Shown here: piece after piece, positions 54,912 through 64,000 of the stretch | Layout of the letters: each line of letters begins with the position of its first letter | Position numbering within the stretch: position 1 is the first letter of the stretch | Assembly: GCA_951406725.2 (NCBI GenBank) | Contig: OX597821.1 | Coordinates: forward strand, 19,716,001-19,780,000 | Origin: Octopus vulgaris | Lineage: Eukaryota | Length of the DNA: 64,000 nucleotides | Direction: 5' to 3' | Position numbers and translations under genes: made by a program | The notes under the pieces: generated by a model | The model's input: the letters and a program-made list of their open reading frames with translations, nothing else | What the model was told of the DNA's origin: nothing | The model's database searches: none

Positions 54912-56172
54912 ATATAACTTGTTTTTAAGTTGATGTGATATACAGCAGTGAGCTGACAGTCATTAGCACATCAGGTAAAATTCAAAGCAGCATATCTCCT
55001 GCAACATTACGCTATGACTTTGCTATTTATAATTTCGGAGTCGATGAAATAAAAATCGGCTGAGAAAATTGTGGCCGATATAATCGGCTCTCCGCGACCC
55101 TTAGAACTGCTGACCTTGTGCTAAAATTAGAAAGAATTTATTTGAAGAGAAATTTTCATCACCACATTACATATACACGTTGGCATTTGGTGACAGAGCA
55201 TTTAAAATTGTTGTCCTTGATGAAATTATCCGTTTATCCACCGTCAGCGATTAACGGTTTTACGACGTGAAATTCGAGTTTTAAGACATGAAATTCGATT
55301 TGAGTTTGTATTAATGTGAAAAGAAATTCGTCCATTCAAATATTAAAAAATTCCAATGCTAATCCATGTCCATCTGTCTTATTGTATCACCATTTTCTGT
55401 AGTCACCATCCTGTAGTCACCATTTTCTTTTAGATCTTTCATGATTCATTCTTTTATTCTACTTTGTTCCCCTGCGCCAGTCTATGCAGTCTTTCTGAAC
55501 GTCCTTTCCTCTTTACTTAAACAATTTATCAGTCATTTTCACTCTGCATCGGCCCTTTTCTCTCACCTTCTTACTCTCTCTCCTTCTCTCTCCGTCTGTA
55601 TCTCTCTTTTTCTTTCTCTCTCCCTCACTCCCTTCCTACCTTTCCGTCTGTCTGTCTGTCTCCTTTTCTTTCTCTCTCCCTCTCTCTTTGCTACTGTTTG
55701 TCTCCTTCGATTGACAATATTGCTCAGCAGTAATTATAACAAACACAAATTAAAAAGAATTACCAAAATATCATGTAGAAACAGCACGTTGTGACGGTCT
55801 TAAGCAATTAATAAAGCAAAACCAAGTTGACAGTTAACAATGAGAATGACTTTTAAAAAATCAAAAACAGACACATCGTGAAACATTAATAAATCCCCAC
55901 AGTAATAAAACACCCTTCGTAAAACAACAAAATCCCAAATGAGCAGCCATAATAACAAGTTTGAAGTATTGAAACATGGTAACGGTTCCGCCCTTTTATG
56001 ATAAACAGGAATGTAATAATAATAATCACAATAAATAATAATAATAATAATAATAACAATGACAATAACAATAACAACAATAATAATAATTATATAATAA
56101 TAATAATAATGATGATAATATTAATAATAATAATAATAATAAAATAACAACAACAACAATAACAACAACAAC

Positions 56173-56225
<53 letters not shown>

Positions 56226-56242
56226 TAATAATAATAATAATG

Positions 56243-56279
<37 letters not shown>

Positions 56280-56283
56280 TAAA

Positions 56284-56319
<36 letters not shown>

Positions 56320-56823
56320 CTGATTGGAAGTGTTATCATGTACATTGTTTTGTCTTGGTATAAAAGATGGCCTACAGCAAATATTCTGCTCAATACCAGT
56401 TGTTTGACCTTAACCAGCTGAGCAGGTCCCTTAGTGGCTGATGATATGTGCATCGCTGATTACGAGTAGAAGTAGTTGGGGAGCATCATAGCCATGTGTT
56501 GAGAGGAATTGTTTGGGGTTTGGATAATTCACGTCTGAAAACATGGGTGTTTTGCTGAACATGCTAAAACAACCCTTATTCAGGACTCTTTGAGCAGGAT
56601 GGGCTACTTGATCTGAACGAAATTCTAACTGGGCTCCCACCTGCAAGGCCATGCGGTGTTTATCTTGATATGAGATCACCATGTAGCTCGCATATGGTTG
56701 TGATGCATGTGTGTGGCGTATCCTTATCGGAGGGGTAGTCATGATGGGTATACTGGGCTTCGTATATTTTACCTTAATTTCACTTTGATGGTATTCACTG
56801 CTCTCTTACTCAACAGCAGCAGC

Positions 56824-56856
<33 letters not shown>

Positions 56857-57419
56857 AATAATAATAATAATAAAGTCCCTGTTGCAATACCAGGCACTGC
56901 TTCTCATGGCTTCTCATCTTAACTGATTGGAAGTTTTATCATATACATGTTTCGTCTTGGTACAAAAGATGAGCTACAGCAAATATTCTTCTCAATACTA
57001 CATATTTATTTGTCAGCTGTTTCACCGTAGCAGTTGAGCATGTCGCTTAATGACTATCAGTATGTGCATCTCTGATTACCTACTGATCTAGTGGGAAAGC
57101 CCCGTGTTGAGAGGATTTCTTTGGGGTTTGAATAATTCACTTCTAGAAACACGGGTGTTTTGTTCATTATCCTTAAACAAATCTTATTCAGGTACCCTTT
57201 GAGTGAGATGGGTTACTCGACCTATAGGGAATTCTAACTGGACCTTACCTTCAAAGTCAGACGCTGTTTATCTTGATATGAGATCATCATGTCGCGTACG
57301 TAAGTTTGTATTGCATGTGCCTGGTGTACCCTTGTTAGACTGGTAGTCATGATGGGTATATTGGGCTTCGTATATCTTACTCCAGTGTCAATTTGATGAC
57401 ATGCACTGCTCTCCCTCTC
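56320..57419. mobile_element. Two diverged copies (56320-56811, 56875-57419) of a non-coding element of about 550 bp embedded in (AAT)n
   Basis: Colinear homology ctgattggaag..tacagcaaatattct..tcttgatatgagatca..gtagtcatgatgggtata. Every boundary is (AAT)n or (AAC)n. Confidence 0.8.
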
Positions 57420-57639
57420 AATAATGATAATAATAATGTTGGCTGTATTAGACTCGGGGCATTTTGGAGATCATGCTGTGGTAATTTTTTAACGATGTTA
57501 CCAAAATTCACCAGAAACAGATGACACGAGTAATGACAGAAATACAACATTCCTTCTCTGTACACGTCATAATCTGCTTCATATATATTCTGTTATTCAA
57601 CCTGAATGCATCTCTGTCCTGTCAGTCTGTCTGTCTGTC

Positions 57640-57674
<35 letters not shown>

Positions 57675-58999
57675 TTCTCTCCAAAATCCATGTTTTCTAC
57701 CTTTGATATATTGTATCTCTCTAATTATCCTTCATTTTTTCTCCCTTTTACATCTCTTTCTTTTTGTCTCCGTCTCTGTCTGTCTATCTCTTACACGTTC
57801 TGCTCATTTTTGTTTTCTCTGCATTTTTCCTTGTTTAAAATATCACCGCTTCAATTCCTTAGTATCTCTAGTCATCTCTTCCCCACTTCACCTATGTTCT
57901 GCTCTTTTACTTCTTATCACTCATTCATTTTCTCTTCTCTATCCTTCCGTCTGTGCCTTCGTCCCTCTGTCCATCCGTCTATAACTCCCTCCCTTCCACA
58001 CTCATTCACTACCACTTTCTCTCTACTTGTCTATATCACTTTGAAATTCTTCTATAAACCCTTTTGTTAAATTTCTTTTCGCTCGTTGTTTTTACGCATT
58101 TCTTTATTAGGAGCAGAAGGGATTAAGTTTCTACTCCTCTCTATAACTAACTTGTCTTTCTTTCTACTTATTTCATTCAACCATTATCATTTCTGCATCA
58201 CACATACTTTACTGTAATTTTTTTGTTTTTAGAAGAATCGAGACATGGTATCAAATTGATTTTGTGCTTGGTCCTCTGGTTAAATTTCCTCTAGTGTTTC
58301 CTTCGGCGCTCTGAGTTCAAATAGCAACAATATCAATAAATTTGACTTCCCTTCTATATCTTTCCATAAGCGAAATAGCAGTTACGTAGTGGATGAAAAA
58401 TTTCTTTCGCACGCTGTGTTAAAATTCAATATTTCTTTGCCGTAAGATTCTTCAAGAGCCAATATGGTTTTGTTGTATCTACCTGGGTAAAAAAAAAATG
58501 ACCTCAGAGATATTCTAATTGTATTTTATTCATACATAGCATATGAACATCTGCACAATAAATGATATAATTTCCTTAAGATGCTCAGTTGCTGTATACG
58601 ATAGCTGGAATTACTGCGTATGGAAATCTCTTTGGCTCCATAGAAGAAAAATAGGTAGAGATCAATAATAGGTCGTGTTGGCGTCCCAGTTATTGTAGAA
58701 TATTAACAAAACTACGTATTGCCATATGTCTTTATAGCAGTATATTATATATGCATTGAATTGAAGCTGCGTTACGAAGAATAGGATTAATATGGCCCTT
58801 AGCTACTAATTTCGACTATGTTTAGTTGTTTGAGCAAATAAACAACCATGGTTCTTTGAGATAGCGTGTAAGTGGCCGAAACTTCCATAGACGCGTACAT
58901 CCCTTACGTAATTTTCCGGGTTGAATAAGCATCATAAATTGTGACAAAAATGGATTTCATTGAATTACAAGTACAATTCATCCGTCAGGCTTCTACACA

Positions 59000-59890
59000 T
59001 CTTCATTCATGTATCGCATCTTCCTCCTGATGCAGAAGAGTCTCCAAATTCAGTCAATGAATGACCCCACAAATCCAAGATCATCGTGATCATCAAGGTC
59101 AGGCAACCTCACCCAAATATTGTTATCCAACCCACGCAACGCATCCTTAGACGAGTTACATTCAAACAATCCATTTTTGCAACAGCTACCCATCTTTCGG
59201 CAAAGCTGTTGGGAGATAGCATTTCCTCACTTACCTCCCTGAGTGGAACATAAGGGCTTCAGTAAAGAGAAGGGCTTTAACAAAGAGGAAGATATGTGCT
59301 CTCACGCCTTTCAGACTTGTTCACCATACACCCACATTCGCCATACCCACTATAGAAAGTGGAGGCGCAATGGCCTAGTGGTTAGGGCAGCGGACTCGCG
59401 GTCATAGGATCGCGGTTTCGATTCCCAGACTGGGCGTTGTGAGTGTTTATTGAGCGAAAACACCTAAAGCTCCACGAGTCTCCGACAGGGGATGGTAGTG
59501 ATCCCTGCTGTACTCTTTCACCACAACTTTCTCTCACTCTTACTTCCTGTTTCTGTTGTACCTGTATTTCAAAGGGCCGGCCTTGTCACTATCTGTGCCA
59601 CGCTGAATATCCCCGAGAACTACGTTAAGGGTACTCGTGTCTGTGGAGTGCTCAGCCACTTACACGTTAATTTCACGAGCAGGCTGTTCCGTTGATTCGG
59701 ATCAACCGGAACCCTCGTCGTCGTAACCGACGGAGTGCTTCCACGTAGAAAGGGACATCTCTTAATCCACTTTGTTAAAGGTGTTTGGTATGGTGGCCAT
59801 CCCGGAGGACTTGACCAAAAGTAAGACACGTCATGCATATCACATCATCTGTTCTAGAAGACAACATGCACAATCACTGCACAAGTCAGT
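59000..59890 (-). mobile_element. Degenerate 3' end of a Tx1-like LINE, interrupted by a SINE
   Basis: The minus strand gives VW*TSLKGVRAHIFL and EEMLSPNSFAERWVAVAKM, paralleling VWWTRLKGLQTNTFL and ERKALSNECFNKKWVKVAKM of 49247-49621. Confidence 0.7.
59361..59743 (+). mobile_element. SINE family C, full-length
   Basis: A box TGGCCTAGTGG and B-box-like GGTTTCGATTCC. Probable TSD TAGAAAG at 59353-59359 and 59746-59752. Confidence 0.92.
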
Positions 59891-60417
59891 GAGTATACCA
59901 TCGTTTCAAATGTGTGCCTGGGGTTATTCCAGAGAGTGAAAACTTTGTTTGCACAATCAGTAAAAAAAGAAGTAAAACGAAAACAAAATCAAAAAAGCCA
60001 ATTTGCGAGTCTAAATGCAAGAAAAAAAATGAAGCACTCTTGGGACCAGTGAACTGAAACGTAAAACTCTTGGAAGAATAATACACAAAATATATCATAC
60101 ATAAAATATAAACTTCGTCTATTAGGACGTATAATTGCTTGTATATAATTCCAAAGAGATTCCAGTAGTGGAAGGTAGTGTGAACAAGCTATCGTTTGAA
60201 ACAAAAGATGGCTAGAAGTAAAATACAATTTATATAGGATAAATCGATGGTTTTTCAACTGTGATCACAATAAAGAAGGGAGAGAGAGAGAGAGAGGGAG
60301 AGAGAGAGAGAGGGAGAGAGAAATCGTCCGCTTATACATAGTGTGAATGACTGCGTGACATTAAATAGTCTCTGAAGTTAACTCTTAGATTGGTGCACAC
60401 AGACAAACAGACAAACG

Positions 60418-60467
<50 letters not shown>

Positions 60468-61075
60468 TATTATAGACAGGCGAATATATACATACGTAAA
60501 TATATATGCATATACATGATTGTATATATAACTATACACACACACACACAAACATATATACACATACATATATACAAACATGGAAATATATATATTGATG
60601 AGTGTACGTGTATCTGTGTGTGTCTGTCTGTATGGGCAAAGCCGAATTTGTATACATTCCCCTATATTAGTTATCCATTTATTTAAAGTATTTCACGCTT
60701 AGCTATGTCAGATTGATAAAATTAAATATTCAAACGTAGAATCGTAATCAATCTATTTATTATGTTGTAGAGTCAGTAAAGATAATAAAATCGCAATCAC
60801 ATATACATATTCGATCACAGCTGTAGGTCTTCAGTGTAGCATTCACTTCCAGTTTATCTATGAGAAACAACATGGATGCAGTTTTTCATGCATGGTGTTG
60901 TTTCAGCTAGAGAGATAGGGAGAAAGAGTGAGTGGTGGAGAGAAAATGAGGGAAGTAAAATATTAGTTATAAGGATCAACAACGATACATATTTGAAATA
61001 GTATAATGGGAAATGAAGAGAAAAGGGAGACGGGGAGGGAGAGAGACACGGAGATAGATATGAAGATAGAGAGCG

Positions 61076-61213
<138 letters not shown>

Positions 61214-61430
61214 GAAACGAAAAGTAAATGCATTATTACAATTTTTTCTCGAAATCATTAACATAGAACCTGAGTGTGATTGAATTCACGTTGTGCCGTT
61301 TGCACCTTATGCTTGCTGATAACTAGTTTTCTCTCTAAATTCTTGTTTTTACCTGTGTGTGTGTATTTGTGTATGAGAGGGAGAGTGAGAGAGTTTGTGT
61401 GTCTGTACGAGAACACACAAGAGTTAATGG

Positions 61431-61516
61431 TCACTTACAACTGTTTCAAACGCGTTTATTTTATTGGTGAATAATTTAATTACATCATGAAAGAATAACA
61501 AGTTTTCTTCAGGTGA
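61431..61516 (-). ncRNA. Candidate type I hammerhead ribozyme (long stem II, Penelope-type short stem III)
   Basis: Minus strand: tcac-CTGAAGA-aaac..(about 58 nt)..gttt-GAAA-cagttg-TA-agtga. Confidence 0.55.
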
Positions 61517-61894
61517 ATTAAAAATTGAAAAGTGACCCTCTTCATTGTTGCCGAAGTCAGAGGGTAAATCCATATTCCATATCTTCGTATTTTCTTTCCG
61601 AAACGATTTTTAAATTTTTGATTCACCTAAAGGAAATGCTTTTTTATTCCATGGAATAATCAAATTGTTCTTCAGTAAAAATCACATCGGAAACGGCTGT
61701 AACGTACTTTCACTCATTTGAGTTCTTATTTTATATACACACCATCCTTAGAACATTACCTATGTAGGATCTGAAATGTCATTGGATCGAGAAACTGTAC
61801 GCCGGTATGCATGGGTATATAATATGTGCATGTACACGTATATCTAATCGTATGTGTATAATTGTGTGTGCATATACATTTATGTGTAATCCTT

Positions 61895-62262
61895 GAATCC
61901 TTGAAGGATTTTGTCGTAGAAATCGATCCCAGTACATCTTTCTCACGCCTAGTACTTATTCTGTCACTTTTTTGCCGAACCACTAAGGTTATGAGAACAT
62001 AAACAAACTAACACCGGTTGCTAAGCGATGGTGCGGAAAACACACACACACACACAGAGAAACAGTCACACATACACACACAGACACACGCACACACACA
62101 TACGCAGACTTATATATTGCCTTCTTTCAGTGTCTGTCTATCAAATCCACTCACAAGCATTTCGCAGGGCTGTGGTTAATACAGCTGATTAAGTTGAAAT
62201 ACGGTGGGTCTGAACCTGAAAGCTACTGGTTGGAAATTAAATTTCTTACCCCACAGCTACGC
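61895..62262 (-). mobile_element. SINE family A, degenerate
   Basis: agtacttattct..ttttgccgaaccactaag..cttctttcagtgtctgtctatcaaatccactcacaag..ttcttaccccacagc. Confidence 0.7.
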
Positions 62263-62410
62263 TTTGTAAAAGAAATTTCATCCAGAAACAAAAAGTACTC
62301 TCAGCGTCTACAGAGAACCGGTTAAATTGAATAATGGGCTGTTGAATATTCATTAAAATCGAAGTGTAGATTAGCTTATTGAATCCTAGTGTCCTCTTAC
62401 TATATATACT

Positions 62411-62802
62411 TTTCTACTCTAGGCACAAGGCCCAAAATTTTTGGGGATGAGGCCAGTCGATTAGATCGACACCAGTACACAACTGGTACTTAATTTATCG
62501 ACCCTGTAAAGATGAAATGCAAAGTCGACCTCAGCCGAAGTTGAACTTAGAACGTAAAGACAGACGAAATACCTATTTCTTTACTACCCACAAGGGGCTA
62601 AACACGGAGAGGAACAAACAAGGACAGACAAACGGATTAAGTCGATTATATCGATCCCAGTGCATAACTGGTACTTAATTTAACGACACCGAAAGGATGA
62701 AAGGCAAAGTCGATCTCGGCGGAATTTGGACTCAGAACGTAAAGAGAGACGAAATACCGCTAAGCATTTCGTCCGGCGTGCTAACGTTTCTGCTAGATCA
62801 CC
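62411..62802 (-). mobile_element. SINE family D, composite (head-core-tail1-core-tail2)
   Basis: The core occurs twice (about 62480-62573 and 62665-62757). The junction aaagaaata|ggtatttcg is at 62574/62573. Confidence 0.85.
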
Positions 62803-63195
62803 ACATTATTTCTAACTATATATAGAGAATATTAACGGGAGCATGATACAGTCGTCTATACTTTGCAAAGCAATATACAATGTTAAAAGTAAGACTGAAT
62901 TAACTGGAGCACCTATAGTACAGTGAGGCTAAAATATATTCACTGACATTATGATCGTTATTTTCGTTAAAAGTTTCACCTCATTAGTGGTGTGCAATTT
63001 TTAAAGATTATAAAATCAGCCAAGTCGCACTTCCTTATAAATATGATCGGATTTATTGCCACAGTGAGGCCAAAAAATATGTTTGAACTAGATATAGTTG
63101 TAAAATTAATAGCGCATATATTTATTGTTTTATACACAGACCTAGGCAGGAGCACTAATATACACCCGCTCACAAAAACAGACAGACGAGTTCAA

Positions 63196-63229
<34 letters not shown>

Positions 63230-63839
63230 TCACACACATACATATATATATATATATATGTACATATAGCTACATAGACAGAAACACACACGCATATATT
63301 CGAATGCTTCTAGATGTATAAAACAATAATACGACCGTGAAAAAGAAATTATAAAAAATGATTGAATGCCAATTTATGACCACAGTAGTAACCCACTTTT
63401 TATACGGTTACGTCAAATTCTAGCCATATTATGTCAAATAGTTCCATTTGATCTTCATTGGGTGTTACAATGATTTATGAGTATTTGGTATTTCGTAAAA
63501 CATACGCTAAGAGAAAAATAGAAATAATGTGGTTTTATTTTTATGCAGACCTTCAGAGAAGCATAAAAATGTGATACGTATGTATTTCATTTATGCTCAT
63601 TCTCTTTCTATGTCTCTCTCTGCTTCTGTATCTGTCTTTCTCTCTCTCCGTGTTTCTCTCTCTGTCTCTCATTTACTCAGCTTAGGTATTAGATTTCTGT
63701 CTCTATATGTCCATGTACGTATTTACGTATGTATGCATGTATGTATGTAAACACATATATATATATGTATATGTGTTTATATATATATATTTTTTTTCAT
63801 ATATACATAATATACATATATATGTATTTATGTATACAT

Positions 63840-63889
<50 letters not shown>

Positions 63890-64000
63890 ATTATTATTAT
63901 TATTATATCACGTTATTGATCACGTGACCGACCAGAACATCAGATGTTGCTACACATCGCTGGTCACAATGCGTTCGCATTGCTTTAGCCTCCGAATGAT

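Noticed and set aside
63910-64000. Start of a probable interspersed repeat after (ATT)n
   Set aside because: It is cut by the window edge and has no second copy here to define it.

Overview
Eukaryotic, AT-rich DNA saturated with microsatellites ((TA)n, (CA)n, (TATC)n, (CATA)n, (AAT)n, (ACC)n). The repeat content is most consistent with an octopus (coleoid cephalopod) intron or intergenic region; this is inferred from the repeat style, not a database hit. No host protein-coding exon was recognised, and almost all entries in the ORF track are microsatellite translations. The recognisable coding content is all transposon-derived: a near-full-length Tx1/L1-clade LINE (44837-49929) sitting in (TATC)n plus two older relatives, an R4/Dong-type REL-endonuclease LINE relic in (CATA)n, RTE and CR1/L2-like fragments, a Penelope GIY-YIG relic, maT and mariner relics, hAT and piggyBac-type MITEs, non-autonomous Helitrons and four recurring SINE types (labelled A-D here). 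The most interesting signals are: (1) Penelope-type minimal hammerhead ribozyme motifs, including a recurrent A6U core variant and a head-to-head long-stem-II pair; (2) a splice donor conserved at the ORF1 stop of two divergent Tx1 copies, with a candidate acceptor just after ORF2; (3) apparent partitioning of different microsatellites among different retroelements; (4) a SINE that appears to insert into one site of its own family; (5) a candidate recursive splice site. All coordinates were read by eye, and the boundaries of degenerate repeats are approximate.
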